DNA of 64,000 bases. Origin: Ophelia neglecta (lineage: Eukaryota). Position 1 is the stretch's first letter, and each line of letters begins with the position of its first letter. Shown in pieces: positions 43,791 through 57,766 of the stretch. Both the position numbers and the translations under genes were made by a program. Below the pieces are notes generated by a model, which searched no databases, had not been told where the DNA came from, and was given only the letters and a program-made list of their open reading frames with translations. The DNA is taken from positions 54,374,001 through 54,438,000 of the forward strand of contig OZ260665.1 in the NCBI GenBank assembly GCA_965285935.1, given 5' to 3'.

Positions 43791-45984
43791 GATGTTCATG
43801 AACATAAGACGTGGAAAGCGCACAGGATGCTTGGTAGTAATAGTTACAGAGGAGTTAAATGTCTCCTCCCGATTGACACTTGCGGATGACAAAGCTTTAT
43901 GTTTCTAACGCCTTATAAAATTTAGGGCCTATGGGACGATAAATACTATCGCAGCGACAACTAGTATGTAAGAAGAGTAAGTTACGATTCTCCACCACTA
44001 AAAGTAAGTTAAATGTGTATGGGGAGTGTAAAGCTCTAAAAGGTACACTCAGGAAAGAGCGCATGCGCTTCCTGTGCTCTGTCTTAAAAGAAGAGGTTTC
44101 CCATTAAAAACACGCCGGCGTTGTAAACCCTATCCCTGTCTTCCTCCAATTATGCTAAAACCAGAATTAAGGACCACTGAGTCCTACAAGACGAGACAAT
44201 AGATAGCAGGAATGGCAGTTTCCGGGCTTAAGCACACTTAATCCATCCATGTATCCGTGGTTATACATTTTTCGGGCTCGTGGTTTATGTTCACGAATAT
44301 ACGGCGACCACTCCTTTGATAAATACTTAAATACAGATACTTTTTTAACTTGATTATGCTTCAGCTTGAGACACAGTTAGATTATATTAATTTGTATTTA
44401 ATTATATGAAATTTAATCAACGTACAAATAAGCAGTAGGGTAATTGCAGAAATCCGATGTAACTATCGATAAAAGATTATTGCGTCCACAAATGGATTGT
44501 GTACATAAAAAATGTTATTTCTTCAGGTACCTCTACTAACCATGGAGGACGTACGCGGAGGGGGAGGGAACAGTTCTTTGTCTACTCAGAAGGAAGGCCT
44601 TTAAATCGGACATGGCACCGAACTAATATTGTTGTGTCATTTTGTTTCTTTTTCTCTGGTGTATTTAATTATGATAATTTTAATTTGGTGACAAGAGTCT
44701 TAGAATCAATTATAAGAGTAGGTCTTTTTCTTTACATTTTCGTACTTCCGTGTCGCGTTTGGAAAAAAATAATGATAGGTGTACATTTTAAACAAGACAA
44801 ACAAGCCCCTGGCATCCAGGCATCATGTGTTATACCCAGTTCATTGACTCATACACGTACATTCACTTATGGATTAGCTTTTTACGTGTTTGATCTACGC
44901 TGTGTATAATGTGATTGTGCATATGTCATAGCTTTAAGGTAATTAATCAATGGAACCTAATTGAAAAGCCTCGCACTGATGTTAGCGTTCTATTAAACAA
45001 CAATGGAAAACCTTAGAAATCTGAGTGATAGCCCACCTGTGTTTTAAAGAGGGTATATTCCATTCAAGTGGCCGATTAATCAAATGCCTAAAGGATTGAC
45101 TGATGCTGATACTGGTGAGAACTCTGTACTTGCATGCTATTACTACTTAGGACCAAAAAATCTCCATGTGAACCAGTCCACATGCCTGTATTGAGAAGGG
45201 TTTTCCTACGATAAATAAAGAACTATATTACGAATATCGTATTGAGAAATACGGATGACTTATTAAATGATGGCTTCCTTCATTATATGCCATTGTGACA
45301 TGTATACATATGCATTCACATAAAACAATCTACTCTTGGTATTCGGACGAATTTTGCCATATTTGATTGTATACTATATTATATGAAACAAGATCAGTGC
45401 CGAAATATGTATAGACATGCAGAAACATTGTCCCAAATCATGATTTCCGATTTTGAAATCAATTATATATATTCGAAGTTGTCAGTTAATTCGGTGTTCT
45501 GTGGACCAGATCAGTGTCTTATTCAGACAATGCAGTGATGTTAGTTTCTATTTAAACCATGAGCGATTTATGCACAGATTTGATCAACTGGATTGATTGG
45601 GAAATAATCAAAGACATTTCGCGAAGAAAACCAAACATTTAGTACAATATAGCTCTGGCACCCAACAGAACTATGTCGATCCGCCCATTCTATTTAGCCA
45701 AAAAAAAATCGCGGAATTACATGTTTGATAGATGTCTATTTTAAGTGGCCTGTAAAGCCAAAGTTAGATTTGTCTGTGAAACTGATCTGCGACTAGGCAC
45801 TACTTAAAAAGTTATTCTTAGTCTACAATATTCTATTTTATTTATTTTTAAATCCGCGAATCCAGGCCGCTTGTCTTTTTTGTGATATCGAAGTCACAAC
45901 ATAACCGTGCCTGTTACACGAATCCTCGCTTACAGTAATAAGAGTTAACAGGAAGTCGAACCCTAGGAACACTTAACACTACAT

Positions 45985-46017
45985 ATCTGTACCATCGCTA
46001 ATAGCAATGGTACAGAT
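45985..46017. repeat. 15-bp inverted repeat (1 mismatch)
   Basis: ATCTGTACCATCGCT-aat-AGCAATGGTACAGAT. Confidence 0.85.
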
Positions 46018-48670
46018 TATATATTTTTTACTGAAAAGGCATCCTTCCGGGCCCCGACCCTGTCGTTTCAAATCTTTTAGAAGTTCTGCTTTCATGTCCT
46101 AATCCACTAACTCATCAATGTGACTCACCATTAATGTATTAATACCTCGCTCTTGGTTTGCAGTAATATAGTGAGGCAACAAGTACATTAGCAGTAGTAG
46201 TAAAAATTTAAGTTTGCTAATATTTTAATGCTGAAGCCGATCAAGAAGATAGGGACAATTGAAGTCACGATAGAGAAAAAACATTTACCAGTAGTAAAAG
46301 ATGAACATTTAAAGAAAATGGAAAATGAAATCTTCTAGCAAATAACCAACAAATGGCTATAGAAGCTATTCTTTCAAGCAAGAATACTATACCTCTTTCT
46401 AGACCTCTTCAACCGTATATTACCAATAGGTTTATACATATGATTGTGTTGTCTGCATTATACTGCTTGTACCTATGCACACTAAATCAAACAGGACTGA
46501 AGTCGTGTAAAGAATCTAATAAATAGCTGACGGTGCCAAGACTTTTTGAAAAAATGCATAAAATTTTAATGAATTGAGTCGTTATTCAGAGGATGTCTTA
46601 ATACACAAAAATCATATAAAATTGCTTTGTATAGATACTAATGATTTCTGCATTAATGTGGTTTACATTTTGATCCACAATGCCTCGGTGTTTCCTAATG
46701 TCTTCAGATGACAATTAAGATTTATTGGACAAGTAGCTAAGGAGATTCTACCATATCAATGCAATGGCTTATACATGAATAAGTTACAGCATTGAGCTGG
46801 ACATCTTCCTTCCTCTCCCCGGGCATCTTGCTAACTAATTGATTGCAGGACGTTACTTTCGTTATTCATCACAGATGATGCATCCTTCGAGAAAAAAAGT
46901 AAAAACGTTTCCATAATAAAACTGCAATTGGTTTTAACTGGCTTTCAAGATATTTTTTTCTTTTAATGAATAACAATGTAGCGCTTCCTGTAAGGAATAC
47001 TGCATCTGAGTTAATCAGGATGAATGTATGTAATTAGGATTACGCTGTTGTCAATTGAATTCTATGACAAAACAACAACGGTAAATTGGCCGGAAATCCC
47101 CAGGGATTTTCTGCCTGGATTTGACGAAACTGATATGGATATAAAATGCCATCTTTGCGTTAATATATGGAAGGTTGCTGTTGTTGGAGGTCCAAGAAAA
47201 GTCTGTTAGGTATAGTAAATACAAAGATTGGAAAATGTTTAAATTGCTCGGAATATTAATATTTCAATGTGCTTGAAAACAGAATACCCAGAAGCTACTT
47301 TAAATTTTAAAAAACCAGGCTTATACTGCTGAATGCTAACGTGGAGAAAGGGACCAGAAGCATGTACGCGCTTAGATTTTAAGAGGAAATGTGGACTTCA
47401 TAACATAAATGAATGAATGTTCTTTTACATATATTATCATTTGTCTATGGCCACAATAAGACTGAAATTGTTTATTATACTGGAAATATAAAGTATACGG
47501 ATCCAATAATTTGATATTTTAGAATATCTAAACTTATTCTTTTTTATTCACAAGGTATCCTATGTAATGCTTCTATATTAACACACTTCTGACGCCACAG
47601 TTAATTAATGTAATGAGTCTGTAGGCAGTGACGTACATGCATTTGTACCCAGAAAACACATCAGCAAACCTAAACGTTAGTGTCTGTTGTGGGAGGGTGT
47701 GAAATAACATGCATAATTGCTGTTTTCTAATTAACCGAAATTAGCCAAATTAGCCAATATGAATGTCTGAAATTGCTTACGTAATTTTGCAAATGCGTAT
47801 CTTAGAATCGATGAATTCTTAAATTTATTTCTTGATATTTTTGGCCGCTCTAGCTCGACTCTTCCCAGAATAAATGTGTTGCGATCCCCCTGTTTATTAT
47901 TTCGAGGTTAGCAAAACATGCAAAAAAAGTTATGTTCTTGATTCAATGCATATATTCATTCTTAGGATTGCTGTGAGCAATGTATACTGTGATCATTTGG
48001 TTGCAGGGGTACATGTGCTAGGCTTTATGATAAACTACATGTAATTTGGTCCAATATTGTATTTATTTCACTTATATGCTTTCAGTTTTATTGTTGGTAC
48101 TCAATTATATGTTATAAGTCAGAAATGACTTCAGTAAATTTTTAATACTGCAACATCATCAAAAACACGACGAAAAACATATAATGCCACTCCCCAATGT
48201 TTACCAAAGAACATCTTGTTGCTAACAGCCCATAAATTATTATCCATTAGACGTCAACTTTTAATGCATTCGAAACATTTGCTTCCTACAAATATGGCAA
48301 CCGAGAAGAAAAAAGATAAAATCAGCATCAAAGGCATTTAAAGAAAAACTGCACTTACAGGACTGATGTGCATGAAAGTTGTAGAGAATCTCTCCCTGAG
48401 TACCGGAAAGAAACCCGGAGTAGGAAACAAATCAAACCAAATCTACTGTTTCGATATTAATTAAGTCATCTGATAGAGGTTTAAAGGGTTGAAGTTTTAA
48501 ATAATACAAAATATCTCAGTTTAGATCAAAGGCAATTGGAATTCAAATGAGAGTAGAGCAGGCACGCAAATTAAAGTATTTATTGTAAATAAGGAGCAAA
48601 TCACATTGAATTAATTCTTTATTGTCAATTGCTATGCTTTTTTTCATTCATGGGAAATTGGTTGAGGCCA

Positions 48671-48940
48671 TTAAGCCAATAATACCAGCTTTGACAGATC
48701 AAAATAGTGCGAAAGGAGTTTGATAATGCTTTTATGCCGTGCTTTGGTGATTATTAATGGAAAGTCACGACAAATGGAATGGATTTTTTTCAAATAAATA
48801 AAAATGAATTTGCAACATCCTTTGATTTGTAATGTGTCATAGCAGAGATCTATCGCTATATACGTCTCTGGTCGTGGGTAATTCAACCCTTTAGAGACAT
48901 CCTGCAGCTCAGTTGAAGGTTTGACCATCCCAAAATTCAC
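48671..48940 (-). pseudogene. Possible decayed DNA-transposase C-terminal fragment (P/THAP9-like)
   Basis: ELQDVSKGLNYP...C...HKSIIKLLSHYF loosely resembles the GGLxYPS...HxxxLIKxIxxxY tail of P-type transposases. Weak. Confidence 0.25.
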
Positions 48941-51900
48941 AAACCGAAAAAGCTAATTGCTAAGGAGGCCATTCCCTTTACCTTTACAAGGTGCGAATTA
49001 AATATAAAAAACTACACTTTTAAAATAATCAGGTAAAAGCTGGTCAGTCTGTATTTCACGGCTATTAATGGCATGTTCAGCAATGTTAGCACGACCGATA
49101 TATGGGTGTAAAAACATCAATTTGAGTTAACCTCAGCTTTCAAATTTATTATTTCAGTCAAGAAAATCCAAGTGTTTTAATAGGAAAGGAGATTGGGCCT
49201 AAAACTGTAGAAACTATTCCGCATAAAAAGGAATCATGCAACTGTTCTACAACGAACATTTGCGTTTATCTTGTCAAAATAGAAATTTCATGGCCAAATG
49301 GAGCAATAATGAAGATACTATATAGAGACAATCTGTACATTAGAAGTCATTCGAACACACAGAGAAAAGAAAACTATTTGTCGCCACTACGATTATTGCA
49401 TGCATTTTTGCCGACCGTGTCACTTTGTAGTGATTCTGAGCCGCGGTGCATCAGTGATATGAAGATTATAGCCCGGCTCGCACAAACAAGATTTGAGAAA
49501 GTCTTACTCAATACTGAAGAAGAAGCGGGTTTAGTGATGCGGCACTCCCACAATATCACGTGAACATCGGGGCAGCGTGTCCAACATTTACCATCAAGTT
49601 TTAAGGGAATTATGGAAAGAACTGGTGTGCGTGCTAAGTTTCATTTGTTGAATGTCCCAGGAAATTCTAGCAAGGCAACATCGAAGAAGATAAAAAAAAC
49701 ACAAAGCTTATAACTATACTGAAATTAATTAGTGCTGGCTCGGAAATTAAAATGCCTGGATCGGTTTATAGTGGAAATACGAATAAACTCTGTTAACTTA
49801 TTACTGCCTAATGCTAGCTACTTAAACCCGAGGTGCATAGCTTTAAGTTCATTTCCTAAGCGCAGTAGAAAAAATTGCATCCTGGGTTTACCCTGCTCAC
49901 AGTGGCAGTACGTAGGATAGTAGGTGCAAAACCGAACTATGGTAAATACTGTGCCCTTTCAAAGACAACGTTCAATAAGAGCTGGCAAAGTTGTTTCCTC
50001 TTACCAGAAGCCGCATTTCAATCATCCTGTTTAAAAACCATTTGCATATACCTATAGGCCTGTATAAGAGGCATCTTTAGGCAAAGCATTCTTTGGCTTA
50101 CGGTGTAGTATATCATACCCTCTTGTACATAAAATATCACCTAACATCGTTATCTTAATTCATCGATAAACTGTAAGCGACCAATACACCATTACTCATA
50201 AACTATACATGTACCTCGCGCATTTGAGAGAGGCAACATGCTGCTAATGACCCGGCTAATCATTCTCTGAAGAAAATAACGGAATTTGTGCTTGATTGTA
50301 TTATATACAAGAAATTAGGAAAGCATAAGGCCTATAATCATGGAAGGGAAAAAATGGAAATTCACTCTGCTGGTTCCATGTCAGGAAATTGTGGTCAATA
50401 TTGCGATAAATTGCATGCGCTTTTTAAACGTGATTGGCTGTTACGACATAACAGGGAATGATGGTGGGGTTGCCAGGTTCCTGACTAGTGGAATTTAATA
50501 TACAGCGCTTCATTTCTATTCGCTCATCATGTCTAACATTGATTAAGGGCACTGTTGCTAGGAGGCTGACTTCAGGAATGTAATTTACTGAGACTCCGTT
50601 TTTAAGATGGTAAATTCTTGCGCGTTTTTTTAGCATACACAGTCGGGTACCTGTTTGATTAACAAATATCAACGGATAACTCATTTTTTAGCAAAACTAA
50701 CCCGAGTTTGGGAAACAGAAATTTATGATTCAACCGCAATCATTCGACAACGCGTATTGGAAATGCCACAAAATTGTCTTTTTATTGTGATTAACATATG
50801 TTTCTATTCATTTTATTCATGATTACACCCGAGGGGTAAGGTAAACAGATAGCTACACGGAAAATGTTGTGGGAAGCATTTATCAAAGCATATCGGCTGT
50901 ATTATAAAATGTTATGATTAAAACTAAGTAGATTAATGGTTAGTTGTGTTAGTTTCATAAGTAGGGGTAGCTGTTTAGTTTAGTAGAGATGGTAGATTTG
51001 CCGGGTGCCCCCCCCCCCTCCTCCCCCATGAACAGGCCCCACCCCCAACACAATCCCCCAACGCCCATGCTTCCTCGTATATTTCATTATTTTCATAAAA
51101 GCAACAGGAATAATGTCGCCATTGTTATATCTATCTAGCAAAACAGCTTGTATTAGAAATCAATGATAATAAGATACAATAAAACCCAACAGAAACACCA
51201 TAAATCATTGGCTGTCTTAATATGCAAGCTTCATTTAAAGAAAGTGTGACAAAAGAAGAATGGATAAGGCTGGCCTTATAACTCAACGTGGTGATAAGTT
51301 TAATTAAACATTTATCATTTCATTGTAGACTAGAATTGCTTGTGTCATCTACTCTAGTGTTATGAGGTGTTATTAACAGTTTAAGTAGGTCGCAATGAAA
51401 TGTTTATGGTTTATGTTTCTTAATAAAATCAACCATTTCTCAATAATGTACCTTCATAAATCTCCTAATACCTAATTTTACCCGAGTCACTCATTTAAAC
51501 TTATTTTTATCTTATTAAAACAACTACACCCTCTATGACTTGTATAGGGGAGCGATTTACCCGATGTCATACTGTACATCTCTTCAATTAATCGATCTGC
51601 GTCCAAAAAACCACGCTATAAACATCAGTGTTAATAAATTTGTGATGTCTTATGTTTGCGATGCGCCCTTTTCCGCATGGTGATAGGTAATGAACTGCCT
51701 ATCAAAGAATTATTGGAATCCTGATTTCATTATTAACTCATTATTCAACAAAGTGCCGGCCGTCAAAAATCACGAAACCAAAGCTGCAGTTGGCAGGCTA
51801 CATATATGAGAGTTTCTACAATATGGATCTATATTTGCGCTTTTTATTAATATTTTACCAAGTAAGAAACGCCTCTAGGTTTACACTGCAGTAGCTCAAT

Positions 51901-54884
51901 GCAACATATTACTGTTATGTTGTTTTACATGTATACTAAAATTCATACGTTAATCGTTGATATTGAACGAACAGTAAAATTATCACGTACCTTTAAAAAA
52001 TTCACTCATTGTCCTTTTTGTTGTATATCAGTCAACGACATATAAACGAGTCATCTCTGGGAATTACGTAAACTTGATTTTGATGTGTGTCTTCTCAACT
52101 GTAATAAATTAAAAAACTTAATTAACCCGTAGTAACATATACTATCTGACATAAAACCACGCGATGATCAAATAAAAACCAGGCATTGCCATTAAAAAAT
52201 CACGACACCGTGAGAAGAAATGCCTTGAAATGCCTTTCGAACAAAACATATGTAATTCTCCCTATAATAGGCCTGCGTATTTGAAGTTCAGTGCCCTCAT
52301 TATAATGATGAAAACTATCTTGAGTAAAATGTCGTAGGTACCACCAAGGTGTGAGGCAACATGGCTGCTGTTCTTTAATGGCTTTTATGGCAGTACTTCC
52401 TGAGGTTTAAGGTGGATGATTTATATAATGAGGGCGTAATGATGTATTGAAAGGTGCTTCAATCCGCTATTTCATTAACGAAACTGCACTGGCAATCTGG
52501 CTAGAAGGCAGTCCATCACATTAACAGAATGTCAGTGATTTTTTTACGACTGCTTTGCCATTCTACAGATATTTCAAGATTGTTTTTCACTTTGTAAATC
52601 CATCATTACTGTTTACGCTTAGGAATTCTAAAGTTGCAGGATACTCTTAACATTTTTCTTTATAATACTTAACTCTTTCCTGTTTACTGCTTTTACTCCT
52701 ATATAATGGTGAGGAGGTGGCGGCTATCCCGCAGGAATGGAGCAATCGCTCATTTCGAGCATCCATTCTATTTAATGTCAATCATTAAACAGACAGACTA
52801 ATTGATAATGTATCTGCCAAATGACACCCTCTTTAGCTATGACAACCCGATGAAGTGTTTCCATTTTCGGCGCTGGTTTATATCATTCCCTGCTCCAAAA
52901 TCAGTATCTTCTATGCAAACATCCCCTAGCTACCTCCTTCACTCCTTCAATGAAGCCATATGCCTCGAGTTCCTCCATGAATGACCCTTTGTTCCTCTTC
53001 ATTCTCCAGGAATGATCTCATTGCCTTTCCTTCCTCTAAGAATGCTCCTATACTTCTCCCCAGGTCAGTTTTTTTGTCCCTTCGTGAAAAATCAGAACAC
53101 GTTTCACAATCCTAATATAACTAATTCAATTCATGCAATTCGTTTTAATATTCACTTACTTATGAATACGTTTTCTTGAGTGCCATACTATTAAGAATGC
53201 ATCTTTTGGACCCTAGGCAATTTATATTAAAGAAATAGGTTGGATATTCCTTTTTTCCTTACACCCCCCCCCCCTCTTCCCCCTCCCCCTTCCGACTCAC
53301 ACCCCAACACACACCACAGATAAATCATTAACATGTAAACGTTTTATTTTAGTTTTAGGTGCAGCCTTATAAATTCTTCTCCAGCCTTGGATGGATGATC
53401 CCCAGGCCATTTTAAGGTCCCATTACCCAAGACCTGGAGAAGGAAAACTATTCACGTTCAATGTGTATATGGACTTGGCCTGTAATTTGAGTTAAGGCCT
53501 TTTTTTCTGAGCCGTCCATCACATGGGTTCTTGTGCAGCATTGAGTAGAGGGGGAATCGATCCCACCAGTATTTCCAGGAAGTTAGGAGTAGGTGGGAGG
53601 GGTTCAGGGAGGCATGTCACGGAAGGTTTTTTGGGAACTCTTCCTTCTCACATATAATCCACAAGCAGATCCCTTAATTTGGCCTATAGGGAATGTGGAT
53701 GAAATGAATATATGCACGTACAAAGTTTTTTTTCCAATAACTGCCTCAGTTATTATATTAATGATTCATAGCACAACAACGTATTTAAGAATGTTGTAAG
53801 GGTATGTCGCACAATAATGCAATGACAAAGCATTGCTCTGGCCGCACAATAATGCAGTTTGCCGCCCTGACCGCTGCATTACAGTGTTTAAGATATATGC
53901 CTCCTCATCATTCATGCACCTCTAGGTTACTTCATATAAGTTAAAAAATAACAAACCAAATACATTTGAATCATTGGAATTTATCATAATGCAAACCGAA
54001 AACCTAAAGTAACGCTTTTTAAAAGGTTAAGCCTTTTCAAAAACACACAAACTGTAGGGTAATTAGGAGAAGGTGAAGATAAAACTGTGTGTAGCTGGTT
54101 GGCAATTTTATACGATATTATTATCAATCATATACCGACAGAATCATAAAAATGTGCATTTATTAGCCTCAATACAGTCTTGATTATCAAAAACGCCTTA
54201 TGTATATAAACTATTTGGTAAAGAAACTGAACAAATTGAGAATCTGTTCATTCTAAAGTGTGGTTGCTTAGCGTGGGTGCGGTAGTTAAGCAGTCGTATT
54301 TTCGGAAACACGGCCAAATAATTTTTTAGTGAACGGCCACTTTTCACAGATATTTTCAGCTACGACATCCTTTAGAGGAGTGCAAAGCATATTTGGTAGT
54401 ACCACGCTCACTTATCTTTTTGTTAAAACATGTCTATCAAGAGAGAAGAAGTTTGAGGTATTATTCATAATCAATCATTTGTTAGTGTACGTTTTCCAAT
54501 AGCATGTCACTTATCAACATAATATCACAATTACACACCATTATAATGAGGATACGTTTTGATGTCACGTACTGCCTGCTGACACGCCAAATGGAAATAA
54601 CGGTAATTGTATTTTCTGATATATTTGATTGCTGCCTTATTTGATCCTTTGTTTAATTTCTTTCAAACACGTTCTGAGGCGATCACAAACTGAAGCTATC
54701 CTTAGCGGTGCACTTGTCGATGATTGGTGGCTTTGTTATGATAGTTTTAATGAGTATCGTGAGATACTCTGGGAAGACACGTGCTATTAAGGAGCACGCG
54801 TAAACCCTTGAAAGACAGGTACAGATCCATTTGACAATATTTCCTATTGATTACATCCGAACTGACAAATCCATCATTAAGATT

Positions 54885-55080
54885 TCCATCCATTAGTTGT
54901 TTTTTTGGACAGATTAATGCATTGGAAACTAGTCAAATGGCTGTTGGGCAATTTATTCCATACCTTCAAGAACAAAATGCTAAAATGTGATTTGAACATG
55001 TCGTCCAATTTAAAGCATGGAGGGCGAGACGGGGGATTTGGTCGATCAATTTCCAAGCTTTCTCTAGGGCACAATTTCCT
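54885..55080 (-). mobile_element. Decayed CR1/L2-type LINE ORF2 3' end
   Basis: ORF 54877..55074(-) contains FKSHFSILFLKVWNKLPNS....SKK, the WNxLP terminal motif. Confidence 0.55.
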
Positions 55081-56494
55081 CCTTAATATGCATAGACTGT
55101 GTGGCGTGTCTTTTGAATTGATATTACAAACTCATATTTCGCGCGTAATGGCAACATGGGACCTAGGCGCATATTCTGAAAAACTTATCTGTTTTAACAA
55201 TTCTAAAAGGGTATACACTATTTGCCAACTTTAAGAGGGATATGCTGAGGACTAATTCCCCCTTCTCCTAGGTACGAATAATTCTCGAACGCGATCTGAT
55301 CCCTTTCAATTATACTTAAGGAATACTCTAATGGGAGGTTCCCGAGCACTACTTTTTATCTAAAAGTGTGCTATAGCCTAATAATTTATTTAAAATCATT
55401 TAGGAAATAATTCCCACTAGACTTAATGAATACCGTATACATAACAACCCCCCCCCCACCCACACACACACAATGTCTTTAAAAATAAATTATACGGACG
55501 GAAGGAAGTCGTCTGCACACAAAGCTATTTTGGTACACATGCTAAGCTACTTGGTATTTTGGAGAAGCCCTGCTACGCTCAGATACAAGTAACCTTGCCA
55601 GATTGCCGGAAATTGGTAAGATTTACCTAGTTGATTTATTATTCTGTTGAGAATACTCTTTTCAGCAGGCTGATTAACCATATCAAAATTTATAAACCTG
55701 GCGTACTTTTTTGATTGGCCAATTATTGCACCTTTTTTTAATAAAATGAAGCTCAGAAAATAATATATAGACTATATAATCGTAATTAACCTTTGTAACA
55801 TCATGTACTAATTAAGTGTCCTTGTTTTATTTCTGTTCTTACATACTATTAGGAAAAACAAATTCCTCTAGCTAGGGAATATTTAGCCCAACCTGTAGGC
55901 ATTATTTCTATGTCAGTAAGTACAAGACGTACATTGCCGGGAAGTTCTATGTTTTCTCTTCTATATGTATGTAAGCTTGCTGTTTTATATTACCTTTGAC
56001 TAAAGGCATTTCCATAATTGCACGTAGTAACTAAAACGCGGTTATCCTATATACACTTCAATCCGCCTTAAAACACTAACTTAAAACTTCAAACATCAGC
56101 ACAGTAGTGTTATTGCTCGACTGCCTCATTTGGTCTGTCTCACTTTTACAATTTGCCTGATTAGTCACCTGTCAGTGGCCATTTTCCGGTTTTATCCCTG
56201 CGTGCATATAACTGTTAAGAATTGGTCAGGCTTACTGCTATTTATGACCCCGGATGATAATTATCAATACGCACATATATTATTATATGGTCTCTGGGGC
56301 CTATTCAGTGTAAAACGGTAAGCTCTCTTGCTGCTAAGATCGGCTAGTTGAAAGGAGCTAATATCTCAGCATCCTATACATGCCTGAGCTGCTTTTGGGG
56401 GATTGGGGGGGGGAGGGCAAAGAATCAGGGTCTCTTAGGGAGCGTTCATTATTTATGGCCGGGGGGGGGGGTAAATTTTTGAAATGAGTACGTC

Positions 56495-56620
56495 AAAAAA
56501 AAATTGCCCCCCCCCCCTGGAAATAGGTGGGAAAAAAATTGCCCCCCCCCTCAGACATAGGTGGACAAAAATTGCCCCCCCCTGGAAATAGGTGGAAAAA
56601 TAATTGCCCCCCCCCCCCAT
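56495..56620 (+). repeat. Left subterminal tandem array of the Harbinger-type element (~4 x 33-35 bp)
   Basis: Repeated unit An-TTG-Cn-TGGAAATAGGTGG read directly. Confidence 0.85.
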
Positions 56621-57151
56621 CAAAGACAGGCGGCAGATATCAGGCTTATGACATTATTCATTTTTATTCTATACATTTTCACCACTGGGTTTGTCGGAAT
56701 ATTACAATATTAATACATATAATAGTCACTAAAAGTTCTTTTCCTGATGGTTCGACCTGAGCCTCAGTCGAACATGTCATCACTCTTTTTGAGTGACTAT
56801 TAAAGGCTCTAATATGAAATATATTGAGATGTGTTCATTACCCACAAAATGATATAGCGAAACTTTTGTATGTTTTTAATGTGATTGTTTGTAAAAGTTG
56901 TACTATGTATCATTGCCTGACATGTCAATACATCTATCACATATAAGAAAGTTAGTGTGACAGCAGATACATTGACCAACTGGCCCCATAGGGGGTGGCC
57001 CAATGAAACATCCTCATTCAAACGTCCTCGTAATTCCAGTTATTATACTTGAATTTTATTTCAATTGGATATATGTATCACTGTGCAATTGCCGGCTTTA
57101 TTCTTTCAAGTTTTGTTTGTGCTGTATTGGTGCATAAAACTTTCTGTTTAA

Positions 57152-57235
57152 GAACTTTTGTTATTTGTTTTAGGACAGGTTCTCATACATACTGCATTGT
57201 ATGAGAACCTGTCCTAATACAAATAACAAAAGTTC
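57152..57235. repeat. Long near-perfect inverted repeat (38-bp arms, 8-nt loop)
   Basis: GAACTTTTGTTATTTGTTTTAGGACAGGTTCTCATACA / TGTATGAGAACCTGTCCTAATACAAATAACAAAAGTTC, one mismatch. Confidence 0.95.
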
Positions 57236-57405
57236 AGTATTTTTCGGTTTACTAGTCGATTTGTTTTAGTGTGCATGTCTGGTCAGTGTTGCGTGATATT
57301 TTGTTTTTTTTTGTGTCAGGCTGTTGCACAGCAGATACTATAGTGACTCATTTTATGTTTGTCAATGTTTATTTTTACTGATTCATGATTTTTTAGAATG
57401 CTAGT

Positions 57406-57654
57406 CAGGGGTCTACACTAACTATTGCCCGACATCCTGGGGCACCTCAAATCTGCTTGCGGGCACAAAAGTTTTGGTTACTAACTTCCCGCCGGGCAAC
57501 CTGCTAAAATTCCCCAAATCGCTGATTGTTGGATATCTTGTATATTTTATATGTACAAATATTTTTGGGACAGTAAGCCTATGGTGCGGGCAAGTAGTTT
57601 CCTGGGGCTACTTGCCCTCAGGGCAAGTGCTGAGTAAAGTTAGTGTGGACCCTG
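57406..57654. mobile_element. 249-bp hAT-like MITE with a 6-bp TSD, nested in the Harbinger-type element
   Basis: TIRs CAGGGGTCTACACTAACT / AGTTAGTGTGGACCCTG. GCTAGT duplicated at 57400-57405 and 57655-57660. Internal GGGCA/TGCCC motifs. Confidence 0.85.
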
Positions 57655-57766
57655 GCTAGTCCTGTGTCACTGCGAACATCTTGTCATATTGTACGTTTCT
57701 ACAAGTCCTAAATCTGTTATTATCTCATTGTTTTGATAAGTATTGTATGATAATAATGGATTAAAC

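Noticed and set aside
56495-56620. CRISPR-like array
   Set aside because: Units are homopolymer-rich with no unique spacers, there are no cas genes, and they are subterminal repeats of a TIR element.
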